From the NCBI GenBank assembly GCA_965202585.1, contig OZ241829.1:77810001-77874000 (forward strand): a stretch of 64,000 nt of DNA, in the 5' to 3' direction. Of this stretch, positions 25,821-38,712 are shown piece by piece. Below the pieces are notes generated by a model, which worked only from the letters and a program-made list of their open reading frames with translations, did no database searches and was not told the DNA's origin. How positions within the stretch are numbered: the stretch's first letter is position 1; every line of letters begins with the position of its first letter. This DNA comes from Thalia democratica. Lineage: Eukaryota. The position numbers and the translations under genes are program-made.

Positions 25821-26338
25821 NATTTGTGTTGTTCTTTGATTTTTAAACTAAACTAAAATTTAAATTTTGCCACAAATTCAAACCTAGTAATATAAGTTAA
25901 TTTGTTATTTTTTTAGGTAAAAAATTCGTTTTAACTATAAGTTTTTTTATATAAAGCATTTAAGCGGGATTTCAAAATTTCATAGTAATTAAAAGCGCAA
26001 GATTGTTATATTTTTAATAACTACGTCACAATTAAAATAAGCTACATTAAATTCAATTCAATTTTAAGCTCACTTTATTAATTATATTTTTGCTTAAGCA
26101 ATGTTTACTCTGTAAATTAACTAGAAGTAAAAAAAGGCTACATACAGCTTTTATTATTATTGTTTTTATATCGATTTTAAAACTTAGCTAAAATTTAAAC
26201 TTCACCTAAAACTCAGTCTTAATATTAAAATTTAATTTGTTAAGTTTCTTAAGTAAAAATTTTGAGTAAAAGTTTGGTTTTATTCAAATTTAATTGTTTA
26301 AATGCTATTTTTCATGACTGTCACATATCTTTTTAAGA

Positions 26339-26392
26339 TTTATTTAAGCACTGAAGAGGTCTTTAGACCGAAACTTAGTTTGTAAAATAAAG
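26339..26392 (+). ncRNA. Minimal type I hammerhead ribozyme-like motif (Penelope-type), copy 1
   Basis: CTGAAGA (26351-57), stem II GGTC/GACC with TTTA loop, GAAA (26370-73), C...G-TA (stem III plus GUA site 26382-84). Flanking TTTATTT/AAATAAA could form stem I, offset by 5 nt. Confidence 0.6.
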
Positions 26393-27501
26393 TTTTTGAA
26401 AGAATAAATCCATCAGAAATATTTAAATTTATTGGTTTATTGATTAACTGAACTATGTCTTATGAAATAATACCTGTTTTTCCTTCTCAATTTATTATTT
26501 CTTGTAACTTTTTTAATTTATTTCTGTTCTGAAGCAGTATCAAACTACTATTATATATGCTATTTCATATGACATTATTTATCAAGCATGTATTTATTTT
26601 AATAAGAAATGATACCTGTAATCAAGTCAAAGTTTATTTTGCATTTTCAGATTTTAGTTTTAAACTCAAATCATTTAAAAATAGTGTAAATTCTCAAAGT
26701 TTATTTCTACGAAAATTAAATAGGTCAAAATATTTAACAATATTATATCAATTTAGAAAATAATGTAGTTAAATAAACTTAAAAAACTTTCCTCAGAGCT
26801 CACTTGAAGGGCTTTTAAAACATTGGTTTTAAAATAACTTGGGAGGTAATAAAAAGAGCACAGCCAATAGCAGATGGTAGTAGCTATGATAAGTAGCCAA
26901 AGTTTAAATGCTAGATAAGGGTACAGGGTAGGAAAATAAAAAATAATGATACTATAAAATTATGACCCTGTCGATACAATTATTTTCTATTTTTCTTCAT
27001 TAATTAGAATTCTTACAATTTCTACACAATATTTTACAATCATCTGGATAACTAGTTTGTGCGTTTATGTTAAAATTTCTTTCAAATATTCGGAGCTTTT
27101 AATTATATTTTTCAGAAATGTTGTAATGAAATAAAACTTGTTACTTTAATTATTTTGAATTTTATCAGTCAAGTTATACTACCCATCTGTTTAACTAACA
27201 GTGTAAAAATTATTAATTATTTTGAAGTATTATTTTGTATCCAAAATAAATTAACAATTTTATAATGTATGAACCAGTAGTTAGCGGAGTAATTAAAAAA
27301 GTTTAAGAAGAATTAAAGATTAAGTATTTTTTATATTTAATCAAACAAAAAGTACAGCATGAAAACATAACTAAAACGGGTATCACAATAAACATAATAA
27401 TCTATAAAACGCACAAAACAATCTTTCAAATAATCATTTGTTTTACATACATGGTAAAATAAACACATGTCTAATACAAAAATAATTGAAATCTTGTAAA
27501 G

Positions 27502-28983
27502 TCAAAGTAGATTTTTTGCAGAAATCGCATCATTTTTGTATTTGTCGATAAACTTCTTTAAGCTTTCTATAGTATCAACATCTAAATTATGGACATTTGG
27601 GTCAATTAATCTAAGTTCCTTCAGTGTGTCAAGAGTAATTTTTGATCTTTCATTCAACACATTTAGCTTTTTATCCGTATCTTTTTTGATAACTTTTATT
27701 TTTTCTTGTTTAATGTTCTCACAAGCTAACGTATCATTCAGCTTAATAAATAAAAAATCAATTGCTCTGTAATTGTACATATACTAGCATAAAGGTTGCC
27801 GATCATTTTAAAAGTTTCAAAATTCAAAGGTATATAAAATTCTAGCTCCGAGTCGACAAGATCACTATCAATCAGTATTACCTTTATTTACACCCAAATG
27901 TCTTTCTCAATCATACACATCACTTTAATTAACTCATTGCTGCTAGACTCAATGTTCCGCAGTCTTTTGTCAACTGCGTTATACATATCTTTGTACGTTC
28001 TATATAATTTGTTGCTGCCTTGTGCCTTTTTAAATAGATCATACTCTATTTTTACTAGAGGTTTAAAAATTTTAATGAACTTTAAAGATTCAGAACAAGT
28101 TCTTCTAACATCAATGTTTTTGCTGCTCGCATATTAAACGGGCTTACAACTATTCTTATCATCCTTACCTATATTATCTGTCACTACGTTTACATTCTCA
28201 ATCATAATTGATACATCTGACTTTTCTGTTTTGTTTGGTTCAGCCGTTGGCTTAATATCTATCTCTACAAGTGACACATTTTCTTTATGTGTTTCCAGAA
28301 CTTTTTCCTCAGTTTTACTTGCACATTTATGACTGGTTTAATGTTTGTCCACATCAATAGTCATTTCAGAAACTAACTCCAATGTGTTACTTTTGTTTGT
28401 GTTTTCTTCAGGTGTTGAGATATTATCTAGCTCTTTAGATGGCGTTTACTCATCATTTTTATCAAAACGTGTTATTTCAGTCTTACTTGCACATTTATGG
28501 CTGATTACAAGTTGTTTTCCATCACTAGGCATATCAGGAACTAACTCCAAATTATCAGTTTTGTTGTCAAAGCTTACTTTTGCACCACCAAAGTTCTTGT
28601 CAAATGTGTGTTTTGCTTTTACTTTTGTTGAAGGTATCACAACACTTACTACCTCTAATTTGTCACATTACTATTGTTTGCTTCATTTTTAACAACCATT
28701 TTTGTTCGGAGATGCTTTTTGTTTTTTAGTTTATTATTTGAAGTTCTGAAATACATGGAGCAATTCTTTTGTAATTTACATTGCTGAACGAACAATAAAG
28801 ATTGGTTTTAGAAGTCTTTTTGCTTTTTACATCACAACTAACATTTTCTTTACTATCCAGATAACGTTGCTTGTATTTCTTCGTAGAAAAATAATGAAAA
28901 GCACCAACTACTACAGACAGGCCAGCAAAACCAAGAAATATTTTGCTCATATTGACGTCAAATTTCAGGGAAACTTTAATCAT
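27502..28983 (-). pseudogene. Intronless-looking orphan pseudogene (about 490 codons; N-terminal hydrophobic anchor, repeat-bearing middle, charged C-terminus)
   Basis: ORF fragments 28726-28983, 28446-28640 and 27502-27780 join into one frame path across stops and frameshifts. Hydrophobic IFLGFAGLSVVVGAFHYF near the N-terminus; an internal repeat LELV...SHKCASKTE occurs twice; TTTTTAAACAG lies 12 nt before the ATG. Confidence 0.7.
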
Positions 28984-29639
28984 TTTTACAGATTCCTGTT
29001 TAAAAAATAATTATGTTTATGTTCAAACTAACAGTCAAGATTTCTATTATTATAAATAATATAACACAATTAAGCATTTTGTTAGTACAAACCTTCTTTT
29101 TAAAAACTTAGCTTAAAGTTAAAATACAAAATAGCATAGAAACTATTTAAAAAATCTTCGTAAATTTAAATTACTTTGTGAAAATTAATATTTCACATAA
29201 CGGTTAACAAGAACACTATTACTCTTTTAAAGTATTTATAAAAAACCAATTTTTCAATCTAATCGTTTCACATGGAAACGTTTTTATTTCCTTTTTTTTG
29301 TTGAAATCAAAACAAAACTAACAAAACTGTTTAGTTCAATACTTTAAATTTTAATAAAAACTTTAAAAAGTAGTCTGTTTATAATGTACTAGTTGTGATT
29401 TTTTTAAACATTAACTAGTAAATACAAGACATAGGTGTTGAAAATAACACCATATCAAAATAATCAGTAATCATAAAAAATACTTTGATATGATTACAAT
29501 AACAACAATTATTTTAGTAAAACTTAAAAGTATCATATGAAGAAAACCAAAATAATAAGTTGTGCAAAAAAGCTAGATACAAAATTTAAACCTCATCAAT
29601 GTTTAAAAAAATATGTACAATTACAAACCAAAAGTGTTA

Positions 29640-31450
29640 GTATAATATTTGTTTAAGCAAACTGCTGTAATTAAATGTTAATAACATTATTTTTTTGTTT
29701 TCAAAATTTACACCAAACATTAATAAACTTTTAAGCCAAGCATAAACTTTAAGCTTAAAATTTTCAATAACGGTATATTAAAAATCTAGCACTAGTGACT
29801 TAACCAACTATTTTTTAATATATTTTAAGTACGATATTTTCTTTGTTAGCTCAAATTGATTACTAGTTACCAATAGAAGATTTTTACAACTTACAACATC
29901 TTTTCTATATATCCCTGTAGAAAAAGCTATACACTGTTGATGAAAAACTTATTTTTATAAAAAAAAAGTTTTATTTTTGTTAACTTGTAATAGTATATTG
30001 AAGGTTAGTATGGAATTTTCGACTGTCTCAAGTTTAAACTATTTAAGAAATTAGTGCGTACGGATCTTATAATTGATAATAAAAAACAGGTTAACAACAG
30101 AAGTTTAATAAAGCTTTAAAAGTTTATTTTTAAAAAAAGTATGTTGACTAAAAACTATTTAGCAATATACATTTTTTTGATTCTTCTCTAAACAACAAGT
30201 TAATTAATTGGTTTCATATATAAATACTTCGTTAATTATATCTAATAATTTATAAACTTGAAAAGTACTTGATTATTGACTAGTTTAGATTAAAGTTTTC
30301 AAGGATTGTCACTATTTCATTCTATTAACTTATAAAATTATTTGTCTACAATTGAATATGTTGACATCTTGACGAAAATATATTTTGGTTCAAAGAGCGT
30401 TAACTTAGCTCGATTAGCATTTTTTGATTTATTTATTAGTTCGTTTTTTTTTAAGGGATCTCTTGTTCAAATAATGATAACTTTTGAGACCGTTTTCGTC
30501 CTTATAAGGACTCATCAGTCAGTCACAACCGAAACTTGTGATCTGATGATCGAATTGGCATGATCAAAACTTCCGTTAAACTAAAGCTTGTCTCACGGCA
30601 AAAGTAAGTCCAAGCTTCTGCTCTGCAGACTTTCGCCGATGTTTTTGTTGACCAAATTTATTTATAATTTAGTAGATCTTTTTACACATATACTTAAAAT
30701 GTAAACTATTAAATCTATTTCTTAAGTTATTAAGTCATACTCCGTATTAAACAACAATACAAAGTTTCCGTTTCATTAATAACTTTCAATTTTTATAAAA
30801 AAGCAAAAATTCAAATTAGATGATTGGTTCAATTAATGTTTAATACATTTATTTGTTATATTAGTAAACAAACATCATTCTATTGTAATTTAATCGAAAC
30901 ATATAAAAAATACTCAGATGCTATTGTTAAACTTTTTAATATTTTTTCACTTCATATCTTCAAAAACGTTACTGTAGAAAAGTTTAAAACATAGCTTATC
31001 ACTAAAAACCACAATAAATATCTTTATGATAGTTTTTCATTAAAGAATTTAACAAAAGTAGAAAAACAATCATCGCAAAAACATTTTTTAAACTAACAAT
31101 AAAACAAGCAATTAAAAAACTTAGTTAACTAAAGAAATAAAAACATTTTATACACAAAATCAACTTGTTTATATTGTTTCGGTTAGTTTAGAAAAATCTA
31201 TTAGCCTATAATGTCACTAGGTCATATTAATCTATAACTTTAGTAATCTTTTTAGTTAAAATGCTTATAATAGTAGACAAAGTATAACATGAAGCACGAA
31301 TGATATGATTTAAAATCTAACAAATAATTAAGTTTTACAAGTAATTAAGTTTAAGGACACGTTTTAACTAATATCTTGAGTTGAAAAAATAATTTGCAAT
31401 CTTATATTGATAGGTTAAAATGACTCAGGTAATAAATAACAAAATGATGC
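29640..31450. repeat. Inverted copy of 9430-11420
   Basis: Reverse-complement matches as listed for 9430-11420; boundaries are approximate. Confidence 0.8.
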
Positions 31451-32573
31451 AGATTTTTAATTATAAGTTTAATAAGGTATCCGCAACAAAGTAGTAAACA
31501 ATTTGAAATATCATTTAAAGCGTTTTGACAAGTGTGAATTTAAATAGTATCAACAATCCAACAACTAAAGATTTTCAATTTACCACACTTTAAAAATTTC
31601 TTTTTTTCTATTAAATCAGCAAAATGTTTTTTTTTACTTATAACAATTCATTTTTCTTATAAAACTCCTTATAACTTCTAAATAGATTTTTTTTGTGGCA
31701 AACCTATTAGAATAAGTCTACTTATTTAGTTATTTCTAGCTAAAAAAGTATTTCTTTTTCATAACTACTATTTAGTCAAACAAAAAACTAGATTATATTT
31801 TCAATGAGTATTATTTGTATAGTATATTTAACTTTTATTATACTTAAAGACACACTGTACTTTTTTTTTCAACATATTTATTTTTTGCTTAAACTCAAAA
31901 GTATATATAACAGAAATATTTTTTTAAATGTTTAAAAATATAAACTATTACAAAATTTCAATTAAAATAAACGCTTATTGAAAATTACTTAATATTAACT
32001 AACTGTTTGTTTTAAATTGCATATTTCTAAAATTATTGAATAATTATAAGAACAAGTAAAAGAGTTTACTGTTTTAACAATATATTTTACTAATTATTAA
32101 AAGATTTAAAATTTGTTTAAGATGTTTTTTTGTAATATCTTAAGTTATAATAAATCTAATTATTTATATTTGTAAAACTGCAAAATTTAAAGTAATTTAT
32201 AGCTAATATTAATAAAATGAACAGACAACAGAAAATTTTCAATGAGTATCATTTGTTTAGTGTATTTTACTTTTATTTTTCTTGAAGATAATCAGTACTG
32301 TTTTTCATAGTGTATTTATTTTCTGTATTATATTTAAGGAATATAAAGAAGAACATACAATTTTTTAAAATTTTACCAACTGTTTGCGAAGTTAAAATTT
32401 ATAAGAATCTAATCAAAAATATTAAATAATATTTATTAACAGATAATTTCGACTTGTATTTTTCTACACGAATTGCGTTTTAAGTGATACATTATATCGT
32501 TTTGTTTTAAATGTGTCTAGTTTCATTTTAATTTCTGTTTTTAGACAAAATTTTTTTTTCTGGCAAAGTGTCT

Positions 32574-33536
32574 ATGATGCATGAAAACAGCAACTCAATT
32601 CCTTTTCAAGTACCAAAAGTTATGTATGAAAACAGATACTGTAACCAAGAAGGCTTCAGTATCTTAGTTTGTGGAGGAAAAGACGAAAACGAAGATATGA
32701 CAAACGAAGTTTTAGAATTAGAAATACCTAGTTTTAAAGTGAATAAATTTCCTTCAGTGGTGAAACCACATTTATTTTTCTGTTTATCGACTATCAATTC
32801 TGATATACTTGCTATTGGTAATACTAAAGAACTAGAAGAGTTTTTAGATGAACGATATCTATTTCTAGAAGTTTATTCTGGAAAAACTAAAACTTGGACT
32901 CATAAGTATGTCAAAAATGATAAAAAGCTTCATTGTATTAGTTCATTTAGTTGTGTAAGTTCATTTAGGTGTAAGTTGTATTTAATTGGTGGTTGGAACA
33001 GTAGTTTGTGCTACATTTACGATATTAATAAATTTACATGGAACAAAATAACAAATTTAAATGCAGCAAGAAGTAGTGCTAAATGTACAGTTTTTGAAGG
33101 TAAAATTGTTGTTACTGGGGGCTACTACTATCCTCAAGGAGAATTAAAATCAGTAGAAGCATATGATTATTATGAAAATAAATGGACTTGTTTACCTGAT
33201 ATGATTGAAAAAAGAAGTGATCATGCTGCAGTTAGTATGGGTAATAAAATGTTTGTTATTGGTGGAGCATATACTATAAATTGTGAAGTATTTGATAATT
33301 ATTCAAGAAATTTTACAAATATTTGTTCAGAAATTTATCCTGATGAAGAAAAATGTTTGTTTGATGCATTTAGCATTGGTAAGAATATTGTGGTTTTTAA
33401 AACCTTGAAATACTATTTAAGCGAAACAATAGTTTACTTATACGATGTTGATAAAGCAAAATGGCTAAATGTTCAGTGTGATTTTACTAAACATATGCTT
33501 AGATCAGATTATGTTAAGTACTACACTTTACTTTAA
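32574..33536 (+). CDS. K8: intact Kelch-only beta-propeller protein, about 320 aa
   Basis: First ATG at 32574 (the ORF track's GTG at 32568 is not a likely eukaryotic start). Open frame with Kelch motifs to YVKYYTLL*. Confidence 0.9.
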   Translation: MMHENSNSIPFQVPKVMYENRYCNQEGFSILVCGGKDENEDMTNEVLELEIPSFKVNKFPSVVKPHLFFCLSTINSDILAIGNTKELEEFLDERYLFLEVYSGKTKTWTHKYVKNDKKLHCISSFSCVSSFRCKLYLIGGWNSSLCYIYDINKFTWNKITNLNAARSSAKCTVFEGKIVVTGGYYYPQGELKSVEAYDYYENKWTCLPDMIEKRSDHAAVSMGNKMFVIGGAYTINCEVFDNYSRNFTNICSEIYPDEEKCLFDAFSIGKNIVVFKTLKYYLSETIVYLYDVDKAKWLNVQCDFTKHMLRSDYVKYYTLL

Positions 33537-35499
33537 GTGACTATAGGAATGCGTATTTAACAATAAAAAGGATAGTAAGTATTAATTTATTTTGTATGTT
33601 ATTTTTGTTTTATTTACAATTTTGTTTAAATACACTTTGTTACATTTATATTCATTAAACAATTATTTTTATTAATAACTTTGTTAGAACTTTTGTTAAA
33701 ATATAGCGTTTATAACGGAACATTTTTATTTTAATGTTCAAAGATTGTTATTGAATAACTAACAATCTTGTAATATAGTATATATTTATGTTAATCTTAA
33801 GTTATTTCTAATGATTGTATAAATTATTGTATGATGTAAGTATGTAGTGAAGTTTCTCATCACATTATTTTTTCAGAGATATTAAAAGGATGTTTATTTT
33901 TTTAAGTGCAACATAACCCAAATGTAAGTAAGTAAAAGTTTATAAAGCAAATGTTAACTTTTAAAAATAGATAAATCTATTTAATATTACGAACTAATTA
34001 AATATATGTTATCAAAAAAGGTAAATTATCAAAAAATGTTTTGATTTTGATACTGTATAGCATTTTTAAAAGTTCTAAGTTTAATGCTATGATTTCTAAT
34101 TCAATTTGATTCTATTTTAACTCTTTATTATCATTTATTATCAAAAATGCTCTTTATTAAAAACTTGTAGTGACTTATTCAAAAATTTAAATCGTAAGTT
34201 CTCAAAATTTGTAAAAACAGTAAAAATATTAGGTTAAATATCGGTTTTAAATTTTTCAGATATAGCTAATATTTCAAAATTTTCATAGACTTAATGATAT
34301 TTTGCATCAAACTAAACAATTTTTTTGCAAGTTTAGAATCATAACTTATTAAATTCAATAAAGTGTAATGTAGGTAAACTATCGATGCTCATGAAGAAGT
34401 TATTTAGAATTTACATTTGGTCTGAATTTCACCAACAACAGTTTGCAATGATATTAAACATTAGTTTTAAACTATGACTGACGTACAGTTTGCTGTTTAA
34501 ACATGTAACATTAGAAAAAATTATCATATTTGACTTTAATTTTTTATTCTACTGAATTTTAGAGAATTTTAGCAACTGTTTGGTTTACTTAACTTAACAT
34601 AGGGGCATGCATTTCATAAGCTGTGAGATATGTTTATATGCTTTTAGTTTAAATTAATGTATAAACTCATATAGTAACTATAAACTCAGGATTTTTTTAA
34701 ATACCCATTTTAGGTTAGAATTTATTTTCTGAGATTGAGCCTGGTTTTGATATTTGATTAACAACCCTTTTTACCTTAAAACTAATGTTTAAAATTGTGT
34801 GTTTGTTATAACTTTAATATTTCAGGTAATCAACAAGTTTGCCACACAATCAGAATTATCCTGGACACTTCAAAATTTTGAAAATCTTTTATATTTTCTA
34901 AGGTATGAGTCTAAATTGATCTTTTAAAAAACTATAACTATAGCAATAATTTAAAAAGTTTACTTTTAAAGTACAAAAAGTCTAAAGTCTAAAAAGAATA
35001 AGTTCTACTAATTTTTCGAAAAAAAATTAAAAGAAACTTGTCTTCTTTTTATATATTTTACTATACGGTTACAAGTTTATTGTCCATATGATTGAACAAG
35101 GCATCAAAACCTAGACCACTTAAACTGAAAGACACATAAAGAAAAAATTAATACAAGTAGTTTGTTTATTAAAACAAAGATAAAAACATAATTTGATATA
35201 AAATTCATACGTTAACATATAAATAAAATTTTAACCACAAACTTATGCTTATTTACGCTTTGATGTAGAACGATCAACGTCAAACAATTGAATGCATTAA
35301 CTAACAACAAAAGTAAAAACCTAACGCTCCAAGGACATTAACAATAGACTGGCCAGATGATTAATCATTAAATCTATTAAAAAAGGACTTATTATTAATA
35401 GAGTATATGTGCTGCTATTAAATGGAACTATAAACTAAGCTAAATATTAAAATTAAATTAACGGTTGATAAAAGTTACTTATTACTTTTACTAACACAA

Positions 35500-35720
35500 A
35501 CATAATTCTGATTAAATATTTTTAACTTTAATCGAAATTCTTTAAAAGTTTTGCAAGAAGCAAATTCATTTGTGAGTTTGTTCCATACTTCAACTGACCG
35601 ATAAAAAAAGAATTCTGCCAAGCCTCATTATTGAAATGTTGCAGCGGTTAAAGACTAATATGGTATATTTTCTTTGAACATTAGTTCAAACTTCCAAATG
35701 CTACTATCTTATTGGCTTAT
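35500..35720 (-). mobile_element. CR1/L2-type LINE ORF2 C-terminal remnant
   Basis: The minus strand translates AEFFFYRSVEVWNKLTNEFASCKTFKEFRLKLKIF, matching the FF.R.V..WN.L....F..KL tail typical of CR1/L2-clade ORF2. Confidence 0.65.
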
Positions 35721-35738
35721 CATGATCATGCAACATTG

Positions 35739-36076
35739 TAGAAATGAAGTAATCCTAGTTTAAATCATGAACAATGCGCTATGTTATTGCTCTTTTTATT
35801 CTCACACCGAATAAAAAAAAAAAAAAAGAAAATAAACATCAAGTAAAATCTGAAATACCTTTTCACTTCATAAATTAAATAATTTTAATTTTAATTTAAC
35901 AATTGTTTAAAATTAAAATACATTTAAAAAGTTATTTTAACAACTATATAATTTTAATTGAAAAATTAATCAGATTTTACTTTTATTTCAGTTTATTTTT
36001 TAATTTAGTGCGATAATAAAAAGAGCAACAAAAGAGCGCATTTTTAATGATTTGAACTTGGATTATTTCATTTCTA
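35739..36076. mobile_element. Foldback/MITE-like element with about 110-bp inverted arms, TA at both ends
   Basis: TAGAAATGAAGTAATCC...TTGCTCTTTTTATT (35739-35800) pairs with AATAAAAAGAGCAA...GGATTATTTCATTTCTA (36015-36076); the arms continue inward (GTAAAATCTGA / TCAGATTTTAC). Confidence 0.8.
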
Positions 36077-36289
36077 TCCAGTTTATGTTTCTGCTTAAAA
36101 ATTAACGAGATTCAGACCATTTTTATTTAGGGTATTCAAAATTGTTTTTATTTAGAATTAGAAACTTTAGTTTATTTTAGTTAATCATCTAGTTTATTTT
36201 TATTAAGATAATAAATATTAATTAATGAATTGGGGTACGTAATTATATTGTTATTCGTAAAACTTCAAATAAAAACTGTTTTCAAGAAC

Positions 36290-36341
36290 TTTGTTTAAGC
36301 ACTGAGGAGGTTTTTGACCGAAACTTAGCTTGTAAAATAAA
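36290..36341 (+). ncRNA. Minimal type I hammerhead ribozyme-like motif, copy 2
   Basis: CTGAGGA (36302-08), stem II GGTT/GACC with TTT loop, GAAA (36320-23), C-TTAGCTT-G-TA, then AAATAAA. About 90 bp around it are homologous to copy 1. Confidence 0.55.
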
Positions 36342-36501
36342 TTTTTGCAAGAATGAATTCATAAAAACTTTACATTAAAATATCATTAAAAAACTACCAT
36401 ACTTTATTCATTCAAAACAACTTGCGTTTAAAAGCGAATATAATTTAAGTTGACAAAAAAATATTTTGTTTAAATTTTATTTGAAAAAATAAAGATGCCT
36501 G

Positions 36502-36662
36502 CCTGCAAAAGTGACGCCGTGCAAAAGTGTCCCTTTATGCTAAAGTTTTGCTCGTGCAAAAGAGTCGCCGCGTGCAAAAGTGTCCCCTCGTGCAAAAGTG
36601 ACGCTCGTGCAAAAGTGTCCCTTCGTGCAAAAGTGACACTGGTGCAAAAGTGACCCGTTCCC
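36502..36662 (+). repeat. GTGCAAAAGTG minisatellite element, copy 2
   Basis: About 9 units of GTGCAAAAGTG(A/T)C... with a 16-19 nt period, ending GACCCGTTCCC. Confidence 0.85.
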
Positions 36663-37743
36663 GTACATAGATATCTAGAACTACTTAAACATATATTTTA
36701 TTCTTCCTTGACATTCTTCTTGTCTGTGAAAATTATATGTGTTGTACAATTGTATATTTTTAATTTATTTTTGCATGACATTTTAATCTGAACGTATATG
36801 TTTTAGTTATCTATTGATTTTCCAAATAAATACGTTTAACAAAGTTTTTTTTTTCATTTTTCTCTCTTAACACCTTGAGTTTTATAGATTCTTATAAAAA
36901 GAGTATTATTTTTCTCTTGTACTAAACCGAATTTTTCAATTTTTGGAACATTGATGGTTTTTATGTGAGTTATTTGTGAATTTACAAAACTCTAAACCTA
37001 ACATCATTTTAATTTAATTTAATACTTTTAGGTTTCAATTCTATTTACAAGCTTCCTTTCTTTTACCGATTAATTTAAAACTATAATGCAATAAGTTTTC
37101 ATTTTATTCTATTAATAAAGTTAAATTAGTTTAAATTTAAAATAAATATAATTTTATTTATTTCTAACATATTTGTGTACAATATAAAAACACTGTTAAA
37201 TATATTTAATAAAACTACTTGCAATTCTTTTAATCAATTTAAATTTAATATATTTTTCACAAATTTGTAACTTAACTTATTTATTAAATATATGTCATAA
37301 TATACTATCGATCAGCTCTTTTGTCGAAAAAAAAACACATTATAAAGTTCAAATAAGGCAAAATTACAATTTTTACGTTTATCATACCCTTTGGTTCAAA
37401 CTTTACAGGGCTATATTGAACACATGTATATAAGTTAATAATTTAAGTTAAAAATATAAGTTAAATAGGTTTAAATTAAGTAAAAAATAGAGTACTCTTA
37501 AAAAAAAACTTTTATAAAGTAAGTTACTATATATTACATAGTTTTTTATTATCTATAAGTTATTTTGTTTATTATTATACTTTATAAACAAAATAATAAG
37601 AATATAAGTTAAGTTAAGCTAAAAGAACTTTGAAACTAGATATGAAAATAAGGTAGGTTTTAATACAGCTTTAACAAAATGTAGTAGAATTTACTAAACT
37701 TTTACTGTTATTGCTACACAGGTTTTCCTATAGTTTGTTACGA

Positions 37744-38712
37744 TTAGGAGTAATACTTCGCAAAACTTGAATAAAACCTGTTTTTAGTAAAATCACACTG
37801 AACGCTTAACAATTTTTCTTTTTAAACATCGTATAAGTAAATGTATGTTTCTTCGAAGCTTCCTTGAAAATTTTGGAACACTACAATATTATTTCCGATG
37901 TCTAATGCAAAAAAATTGCATAATGGTTTAAGAGAATTTTTAATTTCTGAAAAATGTTTGTGAACTTTCTCGAACAACTGTTAAATTTTTCACAACTTGT
38001 AGTATATTTTCAACCGATAACATACATTTTTTGACCAATACTAACTGCAGCATGATTACATCTTACTTTAATCATATCAAGTAAATAAATCCATTTGTTT
38101 TCATGATAATCATATGTTTCTACTGATTTCAATTCTCCATGATCATTGTTACAACCACCAGTATCAACAATTTTTCCTTCAAAACCTGAACAAGCCGTAA
38201 AACCTTTTTCAACATATAAATTTGCTAATTTATTTCATACATTACTATTGATATCATAAGTAGAACACGAACTAAGATATTTATTATTGTTTTGATTAAA
38301 TCTTCCAATTAAATACAGTTTATTCATGAATGAAGTAATACAATAACAAATCCTTTCTTTTATTTTCACATATTGATGAGTCCAAGTTTTGTTTTTTTTT
38401 AGAATATTTTTCAACATATTCAACTACCTCATCAAAAATGTTACTTGATTTTGCTTTATTACTAACAGCAAGTATATCAGATTTGATATTAACTAAACGT
38501 AAATAATAATGTGATTCTGCCATTGAAGGAAATTTATTCACTTTAAAACTAGGTATTTCTAATTCTAAAACTTCGTTTGTAAATTTTTCATTTTTGTCTT
38601 CTCCTCCACAAGCCAAAATACTGAAGCCTTCTTGGTTACAATATCTGTTTTCATACAAAACTTTCGGTACTTGAAAAGGAACAGACTTGCTTTTTTCATG
38701 CATCATAGACAT
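37744..38712 (-). pseudogene. K9: Kelch pseudogene (inverted paralog of K7)
   Basis: ORFs 38320-38712 and 38235-38423 show a frameshift in an A-run near 38395; further stops downstream. It ends FAKYYS-TAA at 37744. Its upstream AG acceptor is mutated to AC. Confidence 0.9.

Noticed and set aside
27536-28692. Plus-strand ORFs 27536-27772, 27898-28137 and 28345-28692
   Set aside because: Antisense shadows of the minus-strand orphan pseudogene.
30525-30565. GAAAC...CTGATGA as a type II hammerhead (also at 10545-10580)
   Set aside because: The cleavage triplet runs directly into CUGAUGA, leaving no stem I, and stem II does not pair; the sequence is better explained as the arm of the inverted-repeat element.
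36502-36662. CRISPR-like array
   Set aside because: Units are 16-19 nt degenerate tandem repeats without unique 25-40 nt spacers; there are no cas genes and the context is eukaryotic.
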